A DNA stretch of 64,000 nucleotides from Geosiphon pyriformis uo1. Its lineage: Eukaryota > Fungi > Glomeromycota. Numbering within the stretch: position 1 is the stretch's first letter; each line of letters opens with the position of its first letter. The notes under the pieces were generated by a model. That model was not told the origin of the DNA. It saw only the letters and a program-made list of their open reading frames with translations, and did not search any database. The DNA lies in the NCBI GenBank assembly GCA_016748015.1, contig JAAOMT010000200.1, forward strand, positions 494,984 through 558,983. The letters are read 5' to 3'. Position numbers and translations under genes: made by a program. Positions 50,679 through 63,426 of the stretch are shown here, piece by piece.

Positions 50679-52410
50679 GTGAAATCCTTATTTCAACACT
50701 ACTGTCAACACTTGGGATTAAACCACAATCAAATATCAGCAGAATCAGCCTTCAATTTTTACATCAACGAAAAAATTGCCTATTTGTTAGGAACACCAAT
50801 AAACACTGAATCAGCAAGAAAAACTTTTTACCACAAATTAATCCAAAACACCAGCTTACCAACAAATTATAATTTCGCATCCATCATTACTGAGATTAAT
50901 AAAAAAATTGAACATTACACACAACAAAGATATCCAATCACTTATGCCAGTAAAGGCAAAGGAAAATTGCAAACACCAGCAGTAACACCAAAACAAATAC
51001 AATCACCTACTTGGAAGAAAACCAGAGTTGAATTACCAATAAACCCATTATACCACTATACACCTAGAAGTGTTATCAACATTACATCAACAGGTGCATC
51101 CACATCACATACAACATCAACCTTTAGACAATTCCCATTTCAGAGTAAACAAAAGAAAGAAGATCTTTTAGGACCATATGGCATGTATTTTGAAGGATTT
51201 AAGTCCTGATTGCTAATGCCATCAGGACTTTAATTTCCACTACTCCAATCAGATTTCGGAACTGTGAGTCTCTGGGAAGTAACAGAATCAGAGAAAGAAC
51301 AAAAAGAAGAGGAAAAAGAATCTGAAGATCAAAAATTTACTTACCAGAACCCAATCCTAGAAAACCCAAACATTGAAACCCCAAATTTTCAGATTAACAA
51401 AATCCAAATTTGGAAAATCCAGAAATCGGAACTCCGAATTTCCAAATGCAGCACAATTAGAACGATCGAAACTCCAACATCAATAATCAACAATACTTAC
51501 CTCCAGTAATCAGAATTAATCCAGCTTCACCAATTGATGAATAGCAATAGCAGCTACTTCAACCACCTCAACAACCACAGCAGTTGCTTCAACAGTCATA
51601 ACAACAACTGTAACAACCAAACGTCGATCCAATGGCCTACGCTCTAATAGCAAAACTTGAGAAATTCACTGGCAAAGAAAATGATGCCCAAGTGTGGCTA
51701 AATGATGTGGAAAAAGCCATCGCAGTCAATGACTGGAATGACATTAGAGCCATGCAGACCATTTTTTACTTTCTCCAAAATACCACCAATTCATGGTATC
51801 AAAGCTTGGCTAACAAACCCCAAAATTTTGCTGCATTCAAGCTTGTATTCTTACAATATTTCAGCAACAACAATAGTATTAATCAGCTAGCAAACACTTT
51901 CACCACTATCAAACAAGAGAAAAATGAAGCAGTCACTACTTATCTAAGACACTTTCATAGAAATCTGTACCAGATTCAAGCAATTCAGGCTGATTACTTT
52001 ACAGTGTCACAAATCCTAAACCAATTTATTAAAGGCCTGTGCAGTAGCATCTTTCAATGCATATGCCCAATGCATCCAGTAGATCTTCAAGCTATAGTTA
52101 ACAATGCCAGAGATTTTGAAGCAGCTGAACTTGAAACCAATCATGCCCAAGCCATAAATCTAGTGATGAATGGATCATCTGAATTGGATTCCAAATTGAA
52201 ACAATTCAGTGATTTTATTAACCAAAAGCTGGAAGAGTACTTAGCTGACAATTGCGCAATTTATCAGCTACCCCAATGACACAATAATTTAAAAATCACA
52301 AATTATTCACAAAATCAGTTACATTTCTCATCATCATCCAATCAGCTGTGGTAGCAAAAGACACATATCTGCCACTACTGTAGTAAACAAGGACATTTGA
52401 GAATCAATTG
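50679..52410 (+). pseudogene. gag region: long N-terminal extension, capsid-like domain, zinc knuckle
   Basis: LEKFTGKENDAQVWL...IKQEKNEAVTTYLRHF...NQFIKGL, and CHYCSKQGHLRINC at ~52369. Confidence 0.88.
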
Positions 52411-53019
52411 TTAGTTAAAAATAGAAAACCAATGATCAGAAAATCAATATTGAAACCCTGATTACAGGTTTTCAGCTCTGAATTATCAATCAATCTTAGC
52501 AATATATTAACCAAATTACATATCTATGACACAGCCACAAATTTATCAACTGCCAATTTATCAGCCAACAGCACTCATTATTTATCAACCACAGTCCCAA
52601 CTTATATATCAGCCACAGCCACAAATAATTTATCAGATATCTATAGTTTAAACACTGCCATCAAACTCAGCTCAACTAACATCAGGAAACTCTAGATTAA
52701 GAGTCACCCAAAACTGGAGATTGGCAATGGTTGTTCACCAACCAATTCTTAGTTTATTCAACCAGCTGTCAGGATCATGACAGTAGAGTTTGGGAACTGG
52801 GTATACTTAAAACCCAAGTTCCCAAACCTATTTAAGCCTTCTGGTTATCCCAGAAGACGCCTTACCCAACACCTGGAAACCCAACCAGAAGCAACCACTT
52901 ACCAATATTTCGCCAGCCACTGTTATGGAAGACGAGTCTCTAGCAGCAATATTTCCCTTCGAAATTGAGGAACCAACAGAAACCCCTTTGTTTAGTAGAA
53001 CTGCACTTGAGGAAAAACC

Positions 53020-53360
53020 TATTATGGTGATGTACATGAATGCCAAAGTTGATGGCCATTCCATCAAACTGATCTTAGATAGTGGATTAGCTGGCAGCAT
53101 CATCACAAGACAGCTCATGGACCAATTAGATCACCAAATTGATTGAGCTGCCAGTACAAGGATAATTACAGCTGATGGAGCCATCAAGACTCCAATTGGT
53201 GAAATAAATAATTTGTCCATTGAAATCAATGGTATCACTGTATCCATTAAGATATTAGTCATGGAAGCCACTTAATATCAAGCACTGGTGGGTAATGACT
53301 AGCTGTTTAAAATCAACATGATACTCGATTGGAACACCCAAAAGCTCCAGCTTAGCCAAA
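53020..53360 (+). pseudogene. Retropepsin aspartic protease
   Basis: VDGHSIKLILDSGLAGSIIT, RIITADG and ALVGND. Confidence 0.88.
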
Positions 53361-54639
53361 AAGATTAACATACACGCATACCAGCTACATGTGACCATTT
53401 CAAACCCATCACCATGCCATCAGCTCCACTTATCAAATTTGAAGAAGAAAAAGAAGAACCTACTTGGAAAGTGTACCAAATTTCTTGGGCTGATGAAGAT
53501 GACCACAACAAATTACTACTGATACTATCCTAGAATGATAAGAGAAAAGGAAAACAAACAGAAGAACTTATCTGGAATCTGGATCAAGCCTGGAGAACTG
53601 ACAACAATCAAAACAAACTACTAACAACTTGTGAGTAGGAAGAGGATAACCACAAAGAAAAAGGGAAAGAAAATGAAGAAATTCTAACACCAACTACCAT
53701 TTACCATGCATATACTTATGCACTACCACAACTAAATTATTATTGACCAAAGCTTCTATGCGCCGATTGTGGCAAGAAATTGTTTTCAATAGGCGCATGC
53801 TGTGGTAATGATGAAGAATACCAGATGGCAACTAAGTTTTATTACTGTACATGTCTTGTTGAACATTTTGGAAGACCAAAACAAGTGGGAAAATGGAATA
53901 ATACATTATGTTTAACTTGTGGAAAAACTCTCCCAGACAAAGAAATATGGAACAACATTTCTGGATGAGGAGAAACGTGTAATAAAATGTGCCAATATAC
54001 AATCCTAATTAACAACTGGATATGTAAAGGCACACCAATCAATGATGCCTGGAAAAGAGCATTGTAACAATTAGAAGGATATTCTCATAACAAACATGAA
54101 CTATGGAGAATGGCATATGCGAAAGCAGAAGGCGCGACAACCAGCGAGCTACTAGAGATTAAAAATAATCCTCTATCTCTTCCTAAACCTGAATACATCC
54201 AAACTTTTGACATCTTTGGCAACATTGAGGATGACCCAAAAGAATTTTATGAACATTACCAGTGGTTAGTACTTATCAGAGAAGAGCAGAAACAATACTT
54301 GGAAAAAATAAACACCTGATTATGTAACTATTGTTTGATTTCATGTGATTTCCAGTATTGCAATGAGTGTGACCTCATTTACAATTCACCACCATGCATG
54401 ATTTACACAATCTCAGAAGAAAACGAACCAATGAGCAACTGCACATCAGAATCAGAATCAACTTTCAATTCCAATTCAAACTCTGACAATGATAATGACA
54501 AAAACAACAGTTTCAGCTCTGCTTCAAATAGCAATGAACATGACAACAATTCAAACTCTGATTCAAATCCCAAAACAATTATCATATTTCCTGACCTTAC
54601 CAAGGAGCAAGAACTAAAATGGTTCAGTGATAATAATGA

Positions 54640-55040
54640 AAGTATTATGCCTGAATGTATGCATAATACTGATGCAGGATTTGATCTAAGATATCTAGGG
54701 AAAGATTCCATCAAATTGAAACCTTATTTGCACACTTGCATCGATCTGAAAATAGCACTAAAAATTCTAGTAACAACAATGGTTTAATTAGCATCTAGAA
54801 GTAGCTTAGCCAAAAAGGGAATCAACATTAGAAAAGGAATAATTGACATGGAATATGTAGGAAATATCATTGTTATGTTACAAAATAACTCAGAAAAGGC
54901 ATATATTATAGAGTCAAATGAAAAGATAGCACAGACAATATTTCTATCTCTGGTAAAAATAACTCAATTAGTGTTAGTGGGAAGCAGAAAGGAATTAAAG
55001 ATAATGGCAAGAGGGATACAAGAATTCGGATCAACAGGTA
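54640..55040 (+). pseudogene. dUTPase domain within pol
   Basis: All five trimeric-dUTPase motifs in order: DAGFDL, SRSSLAKKGI, GIIDMEYVGNI, EKIAQ, RGIQEFGSTG. Confidence 0.92.
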
Positions 55041-55539
55041 AAATAGATATACCAGTTAATATGGCAGAGGAAGAAATTGTTGACAAAAGAGAAATTATCT
55101 CAACCCATCAATCAATTTTTATTCTACCATATGACCAGTATATGTTAGCCATAAAAAGAGAAGTAAAGAATCAAGCTCAGTTGTTTGAAGCAAAAGCCAC
55201 CATTTGTAAATTAGGAGAGATTGAACTCACCAATCTTTACATCTCAGCCAACAGCCCCAAAAACATCAAAATTCCCATCTATAACACAACTGAAAAAGTC
55301 ATCGAAATACCAAAGAGAACTATTATTGGATATTTAACCACTCAAGTTGAAGATCAACCACCAAACCACATTCCAGATTTTCTACAACTTTGCAGATATG
55401 TGGACATCACATCACAAACCATCTATGGACGAAGTGAATATTATCTGCTCCAACCAGAGCAGTTGGAACAGATAAACATGGAAAATCTAGACCTGCTCCA
55501 AAAGATACAACTAAAGATGTTACTCAACAAATTCAATAA

Positions 55540-56860
55540 CATCTTTGTGAGCGAAAATAAATTTGGCTGCACCAATATCATCCAGCATCAGATCAAGACT
55601 GGAGATGCAATGCCAATTAAACAAAGAACATACAGAGTACTACCAGCTAGCCATGAGATTATTTGTCAAGAAATTAACCAAATGCTTAACAATGGGCTAA
55701 TTTAGCCATTGATGAGTCTATGGTTGTCACCAATGGTACTAGTCCAGAAGAAGAACAGAAAAATTTGCTTTTGTGTAGATTATTGGAAATTGAATGGAGT
55801 AACCAAAAGAGACAGCTATCCAACTCCAAAGATCCAAAAACTATTCAATGCTTTTGGAGGAAATAAATGGTTCTCAACACTAGATTTAGATAGTGGATAC
55901 TGACAAGTAATCATGGATCCAGCCAACAAAAAGAAAACAGCATTTACCACAAGAGAAAAAAATTTTGAATTTGAAGTCATGCTATTTGGATTGATGAATG
56001 CACTGGCCACATTCTAACAGCTAATAGAAATTGTATATACTGGACTACTATGGAAGTCAGTAGTCATATACTTGGATGATACCAATGTGTTCTCAAAAAC
56101 ATTTGATGATCATCTGCATTATCTTCAACAAGTGTTTGAAAGGTTAAGAAGAGCTGGATTAAAATTGAATGCAACCAAATATTTCTTTGAAAAAACTGAA
56201 CTCAAGTTTTTGGGACATGTGGTAAGCAAAGATAGAATAAAAACAGATTTAAACAAGATTGAGATTGTCAAGAACTTTTTAGTACCAAATAATCTCACAG
56301 AATTGAGAGCATTCTTGGGATTTGCTGAATACTACCACTGCTTTATCAAAGATTTTTCCAAAATAGCCCAACCACTATACCAACTTCAAACAAAGAATGT
56401 GAAGTACAAATGGACAGAAACTCAACAAGAAGCTTTTGATATCTTAAGAAGAAAGCTTATTTAAGCTCTAGTATTGATGTATCTAGATCACAGCAAACCA
56501 TTTATCATCATTACTAATGCATTTGGCCAAGCATTGGGAGCAATACTATTACAGAAAGAACCAGATAAAAGAGAACATCCAGTAACTTATGCCAGTAGAA
56601 GCTTAAGTCCAGCTGAAAAGAACTATAGAACTCCAGCACTAGAACACTTAGCTATCTATTGGACTGTTATTAAATGAAAAGAATACTTGAGCCAAAAGTT
56701 TAAAGTATATACTAATCACAAAGGATTGACTTCAATCCAAAAACAAGAATTTTCAGACAATCGCCATGTCAGATAGAAAATAGAACTTTCACTATTTAAT
56801 TATACAGTACATTATAAAAAGGGAAAAGACAATGGAAATACCAATGGACTGTCACAAAAA
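55540..56860 (+). pseudogene. Reverse transcriptase and RNase H (gypsy type)
   Basis: FCVDYWKLN, FSTLDLDSGY, KTAFTT, MLFGLMNA, YLDDTNV, FLGHVV, LRAFLG, IITNA..ALGAIL, YASRSLSPAEKNY, VYTNH. Confidence 0.93.
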
Positions 56861-57079
56861 AAACAAATCTAAAAACATTTCAAACCAAAAATATAACAAA
56901 AAGATGAATATACAAAAATACCAATAACTACAACATTATATAAATACCCAACTGTTCAAGGAAAAATTATCTCAAAAGGAACAAAAGAACATTAAACAAC
57001 AATCAAAATATTTTATCAATCATTAAAATATACTTTACCAGAAGAACAAAAGAAATCCAGATCAACCAATCAGAGTAAT

Positions 57080-58160
57080 CACAGAACCAGAGAAAGAAAC
57101 AATATTATTCAACATACACTCCAATCCAACAACAAGACATTTTCATAAAGAAGCAATCATAAAAAAAACTAGAAAAAGATACTATTGGCCATCTATGTAC
57201 CCAGACATCATCCAATATGTTCAAAATTATGATGCTTGTCAAAAAAGAGGTGGAACAAAACCCAGTAAACCATTAAGACCAATCAAAGTAGGACAACCAT
57301 TTAACCATATCGAAATTAACTTAATAGGACCATTAATAATCACCAGCAGAGGAAACAAATATATTACAGTAGCCATAAACTATCTTACAAAATGGCCAGA
57401 AGCAAAAGCCATTCAAAGAGCAGATGCAGAATCCGTTGCCGAATTTGTTCATCAAGATTTGATTTGTTGACATGGATGTTCAAAAGAATTATTATCAGAT
57501 CAAAAAACTCACTTTATGAACAGAACATTAGCAGAATTAAGTCAGAGATTTGGAATCAAAAGACCATTATCATTACCATACTATCTATAAACAAATGGAT
57601 TAGTTGAGAGGTTTAACAGAACATTGTGTGAAGCAATCACCAAGATTAGTCAAGAAAATCAGAATAAATAGGATTTGTTTATATTATTAGTACTATTTGC
57701 TTATCAGACAATGAAGCAAAACACTATACAAGCAACACCATTTAAATTAGTATACAGTAGAACAACAACATTTTTAGTCGAGATAAAAGTCAACACTTAT
57801 CTAACAGAACCAATAACTGAAGACAATTTTCAGAAAATGTTGCTAAGAAAAACATATAACTTAATGGAAACATTAGAAAATAAACAGCAAAGAGCAGTTG
57901 ATAACATCCAGAAGTCACAAGAGAGACAAAAAAAAAGACATGATAACCAACTACCAGATAAACCAATTAAATTCAAGATTGGAGACAAAGTATTTTTACA
58001 TTGTACCAAAGCGGAAAAACAATAGAGTGGAAAATTTGATCCCAAATGGGATGGATCATTTCATATAGAAGAAATTCTTGGAAATAGAGCTTATAAATTA
58101 AGATGGAACAATGAAATTTTAGCCAAAGCAGTATATGGTGATCAACTGAAACCATATTAC
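57080..58160 (+). pseudogene. Integrase (HHCC, core, GPY/F-like C-terminus)
   Basis: YYWPSMY..DACQK, INLIGPL, NYLTKWPEA, LLSDQ, NGLVERFNRTL, KFDPKWDGSFHI. Confidence 0.92.
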
Positions 58161-58341
58161 CAAATAGCATTATCATCTACCAATAACATTTTACAACTAG
58201 AAGTACAAAGAATACTAGTTCAACCAGATGAGATTCTACAAGATCTAGAACCAATCATAGTTATTGAACCAAACACATCAAATTGAACAACCCAAAAAAA
58301 TATATAAAAGCACAATACATGTAACAAAAGCAACCAAGAAA

Positions 58342-58977
58342 ATGGAAATACCAGATCATATTCACACTATAACTCAACAACTGTTTCAAGCCTTAAGTCA
58401 ACAACAGTTAGACATAGAAATTATCATTAACAACCAAACAATTTGCTATCAAAACACCAAAAGAAAGACAAAGAACACCTCATATCAGTGGTTATCAAAG
58501 AATGATAAAAACTGGTCAGATAACATAATAGAAAAAGTAAAGAACACTTTTGGAAAAATACTTATTATGGCACCAACAGAAGAACTTACAAAAAAGAATT
58601 GGAAGCAATAGACAGAACAACTTCTAATATCATACTGTTACTACTAGTTAGGTTGGAAGTTGAATATTCAGGAGTTGTATACCAACAAATCCAAGAGAAT
58701 ATTCAACCAAGATATAATACAACAAATTGAAAAATTTATTGGAAAGAAAACAAATTCAATACTACATGTTAAAACAATGTACTGACTACACAACATATTT
58801 CGAAACTATCCAGAAATACTGTTACACTTTGACATAGAAACCATAACCATTAACCAATAGGGAAGAATAAACAATACACAAGTAGAAAACATGAGAAACA
58901 GAGTCGAACAAACAATACTTGAAAAAGAAGTATTGGAATTAATTCAAAATGAAGATTTTAATGGAGCTCAATATTAA
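58342..58977 (+). pseudogene. Extra ORF (~211 codons) between integrase and PPT, function unknown
   Basis: One frame from ATG 58342 to TAA 58977 with four internal TAG/TGA stops, each explicable by a single transition. Confidence 0.6.
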
Positions 58978-58989
58978 AAAAGGAGGAGA
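58976..58989 (+). promoter_or_regulatory. Polypurine tract
   Basis: AAAAAAGGAGGAGA, 3 nt before the 3' LTR. Confidence 0.85.
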
Positions 58990-58992
58990 TAA

Positions 58993-59862
58993 TGTTACTC
59001 ATAAAAAAAAAACAGATATAAAAAATAGCAGACCAATGTGAGAATAGTATGTAGCATATAAGCACATTGCTCAGCAATGTGAAGCAATGTCAGAAATCAT
59101 GGCATATTGCTTAACAATGTGGAGCAATATCAGAAAACATGGCACATTGCTCAACAATATGGAGTGATGTTAGAAATTAGAACACATCACTCAGCAATGT
59201 GAGCATTGCTCAAGAAATCATAGCACATTGCTTGGAAATATGAACAATCTTATAAAACATCAATTATGTATATATAGTGATAGCATTAGAAGTAGAAAAG
59301 ACAGACCTCTTAGTTTAGATTTGATCTAAGCAATTTTTCATTCACAAAATATCAAAAAAATAATTATTCACTATTTCAATTTACTCTCCACTATCAACAT
59401 GAAGTGTTGATAGTAATTAATACTTAACCATGCTAGAACAATAGCTCTTGATCATGGCTATTGATGAAATACTAACTTGCAATTGCTTTTGTTTATTTCT
59501 TTATTTTCATTTATTTTCATTTATTTTCATTTTGTTATTTTTTTAGTTTTATTAAATTAATTAAAGATTAAGTGCTAAGATACAGATGTCATAGGGACTG
59601 GTAAAAGACCTGTGAAACAAGGGTAAAACATTCATAGATTTGAGAATAGCTTACCAAGAGGATTACCGGCCACCATGCTGAGAAAAAAATTTGACAAAAC
59701 TGCAGTTTTGGGAAGTTACAGATAAAACTATCAATTAAATCTTTGTCTATTATACAAAAGACTCCACAACAAAACCTTTAGATATCAACCCCAGAATACC
59801 AACCAAGCACCAAGTTACAGATTTGTTATTTGACTTGAGACTTCAAATAATTATTTGTAACA
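58993..59862 (+). repeat. 3' LTR (870 bp)
   Basis: Direct repeat of 49708-50576, followed by CCAC. Confidence 0.95.
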
Positions 59863-62800
59863 CCACACACCAGCTGAAATATTTGCATAAAAACCCATAA
59901 TTACCATTAAAACTTTATTGCTAAACAGCAGACAATTTGAAAAAAGATAACCCAAAACTTTAAAAACTTTATACAATGTTAAATAAGCTTATTATTTATT
60001 ATTATAGTCATTTCAAAGTCCAGATAGCCAGAATTCAAACCAGAAATAAAAACTCTTAAATTCAAAAACTTGTTTTTGATTCAAGATTTAAACAAACTCT
60101 TTAATTTTGTCTCAATAATTACAAAAACTAAATTGTCTAATTCTTTTTGCCACTTAACAATGTTCTTCTGCTTTGCTAAATTATTTATATTTTTGACATT
60201 ATACATAGCAATTTTCCAAATAAAATTGGTTATTGAGAAAATATACTTACCAAAAAGTTCAAACTAATGCACATCTAATCCAATCTAAACAAAACTAATC
60301 TGATCACACTTTTGAGCACAACCAGTTTTAATTCCAGATCATCTACTTTTACTGTTAAAATTTTGAAGCAGTTTTGATTCAAATCTGAAATGTTGGTTAC
60401 TATTTACAAAAAAAATAAGAACAAAATCTGCAAGACATTTATAATCATATCTAAATTCAAACTGAGATCCAAAACCAAGAGGGAAGTCAAAGCAGAAAAC
60501 TGAAAGTCAAATATTTAGAAAACCAATTTCAGATTATTTATTCTGCACAAAACACCAGAAATTTGGTTAGCCAATAATTCCAATGAGTATTCTAAAAAAG
60601 CCAAGCAAGCTTTAATTGATAAAACACATTGTGGAAAGAGAAAAACTTTTATAGTACTTGATATATTAGAAGAAAAAAAGCCAGAACTAAAAAGAATATT
60701 ATTGTAAACAGAAACCAAAGACACAATCTGAACCTATAACTTGCTATTAAAAACAGCAAAATAGGAAATAGAAACATCTTTTTTCACATACAACTTAGTC
60801 AATAAAATTCAATTCTTATTTAAAGCAGCTTTTTTAAATGTTTTTAAAGACTTAGGAGTGAATATAATTAGTATATTATACTTTAAAGCAGAATATCTAA
60901 AATGCTTATAATTTTTACAACAAACCAAATTCATCCTAGTTCAAGAGAGCTTTATACTACTTAAAATCAGCTCTATGTAAAAGGCAAATTTTAGTTTCTC
61001 TTCTGAATTAAAGCCAATTATAGTACAACAGACTTTATTACCAGTTTTGAGTAAACAATTAATAATACAAGTTTTTCTACCAGTCTTTTCTAACAAAGTG
61101 CTCAAATCATAAGCTGTTGTTTCTACTAGCAAAGTAAATAAAAGTGTCTTAAAATAATCTCTTAACATCCAGATATTATGATCTCCTATAGCTTTGGCAA
61201 CACACACTGAATTTTTCTCAATTAAAAATAACTACTTAACTGTTAACAAATCTGTCTAAGCTGATTTAACAAAACTTTACCACAGCTTTCTGCCATAATT
61301 TAATTAGCTGCAATCAAATTAATACTATCTGATCATACTTAGTTACTGCAGCAATAATTATTTCTTTTGACATATTCATGGGAATTTTTTTAATTATTAC
61401 AGTCTAATTTAACTTAATTTTTTGTTTCTTAAGATTACAGTTTACTTTAATGCTTTTTTTTCTGACCAATAATGTGGTTTTCTATGTTTTTCTCTGATGT
61501 AAATATTAATCTAATAATCTTCTCAAATTTTGAAAGAGTAATGGCCTCTCTAAAATCATTGATTGATAAAAAAATCTTCTTAATGACTTGAGTTTTTGTC
61601 ATTGCTAATTTGTTTTTCACCACAGAAAAATTAATATCCAAAACAAATAATTTCTTGACAGCAATTTTCATTCAAGTTTTAATAGTTTTTGGGTTAATTC
61701 ACTTCTTGTCCAAAAAATAAATAGGCAAAAAGAGAAGGAGATCTTATTTTTATTATTTATATTAAAAACCAAAAAGCCAATTAGAAAACCAACTATAATA
61801 TTAGTGTTGACTTTTTTTGCTTTAGGTGTATTGATTTTAGAATCTAACTGAGCTTTACTCTTATTATTAGTATTATTATCTGTATCCATACTAACAAATT
61901 GGCCAGTAATCTTCTTTAAAATTCCAAAACTTAAATCCACTTTATTATCAAAATGCTTAATATTATCAAGTAATAATTTTTAATTTTAAGCTAAGCTCTT
62001 ACTAACAAAATTTGAAGCTGCAATTCTGGCTAACTTTTTTTTAGCACTGAAACCATTCATAGTAGCAGTTAATTTGAAACCAAAAAAGATTTAGTATTTG
62101 AGAAATAGTAAAATATACAACAATAAAACAAAAAAAACTTTTTTCAAATTTCTGATTTTTTTTGAAAATTGGAATGAAGGAAAAAAAAATTTTTTTTTGA
62201 TTAATTTAATAATAAAAATATATTTAATAATTTAATGATGATTTAAAACTTTTAAATTTTTTTATTAAAAATATTAAAAAATTATTTATTTGTAATTAAA
62301 TAAGTTTATTAAAAACATTAATATTTTAAATTAATGTATTAACAAAATAAAAACACAAAATTTGTTTTTTTTTGTTTAATTTTAAGTATTTTAATTAGTT
62401 TAAATGTTTTATTTTAGTATAATCTAAAATTATGTATATAATTGTGTTATATAAATAGTTTTTAGTTAAATTATACTTTTAAACATAATTTAATCTACTG
62501 AATTGTTTTTGTTGAACAATAAAAAAATCAAAAATATATTTTTTTTAATTAAATATATATATTTTTATTTTAATATATAAATTATTTTATTTGTAATTAT
62601 AAATTTATATTTTTTTATATTGAATATATTTTAAAAATTTTATTATTATTAATAATTATTTAATGTTATTATAAATATGTTTATTTAAAAAAATTTGTTT
62701 TTTAAATGTATTAAATAAAATAATTACAAATAATATTATAAATTGGTTATATTAATTAATTATTAATTTGATTTTAAATTTGAATTTTTTGAATTTTATT

Positions 62801-63426
62801 ATATTACATTTTTTAAAATTATTTATATTGTTGTTGTTTTTTTAACCTTATAATAAATAATATTTTGTATTCATTATTGATGTATATATGAATCATTATA
62901 AAAAAAATTGCATAATTGTAACTGATTTTAGATTTGTGGAGCTTTCACAACGGCTAATTCGTTAGGATTAAATATTTTTATTGATCGTCTTAGATCAAGA
63001 AACAATGTTACACAAATCGACTGAAAACAGTAAAACATCGGCGTATCTTGTTTCAACAGTATGTTGCTCAATTTTTTGCTTCGGACACAACCTTTTGATT
63101 TAGCGCTTGAACAGTTTTTGAAGAGTTAAGATTGTCTTGCTCTCAAGGTATTTCTTCAAATTTATTATCTGCTCAGCCTTCCGATCTTTGAGTCCTTTTT
63201 GGCTTATCCAACTTTTTTCAGTAGAGGCTTTGTATTTTTATTTGAATCATAGAAGCTGATGGTAAAGTATATTTTTACTGTATAGCGTTTGCAAGTGAGG
63301 CTTTAACTACGCCTCAAATTATCTCTTTATTTTGACTGCCCACTTTTACCTGGGAAAAATTGCGATTTAATATTTTATTGGTGCAAACAGGATAACTCAA
63401 GATTCGGAGAGGGTAGCAGCAGGGTG

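Larger units (their letters stand above)
49708..59862 (+). mobile_element. Complete Ty3/gypsy LTR retrotransposon with dUTPase (degenerate)
   Basis: LTRs 49708-50576 and 58993-59862 (TG...CA), CCAC target duplication, PBS and PPT. Order is gag-PR-dUTPase-RT-RH-IN. Confidence 0.96.
45255..62190 (-). mobile_element. Full-length, heavily degenerate LINE interrupted in APE by the gypsy element
   Basis: 5' UTR/ORF1 at 62190-60230 is colinear with 43135-41157. APE continues on both sides of 49708-59862. RT (MRPIVLIKTA), RNase H (KVYTNN, TELQTIALAL), tail ~45255-45390. Confidence 0.88.

Noticed and set aside
58160-58340. Chromodomain at the integrase C-terminus
   Set aside because: No aromatic-cage YLVKW-type motif is visible.
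36477-58977. Alternative genetic code or stop readthrough to explain in-frame TGA/TAG/TAA
   Set aside because: Stops differ between copies, come with frameshifts, and match C>T/G>A decay. XRN1 reads normally in the standard code.
62990-63290. Divergent minus-strand gene at the right edge
   Set aside because: CpG is retained, but no open frame or consistent exon chain could be assembled.
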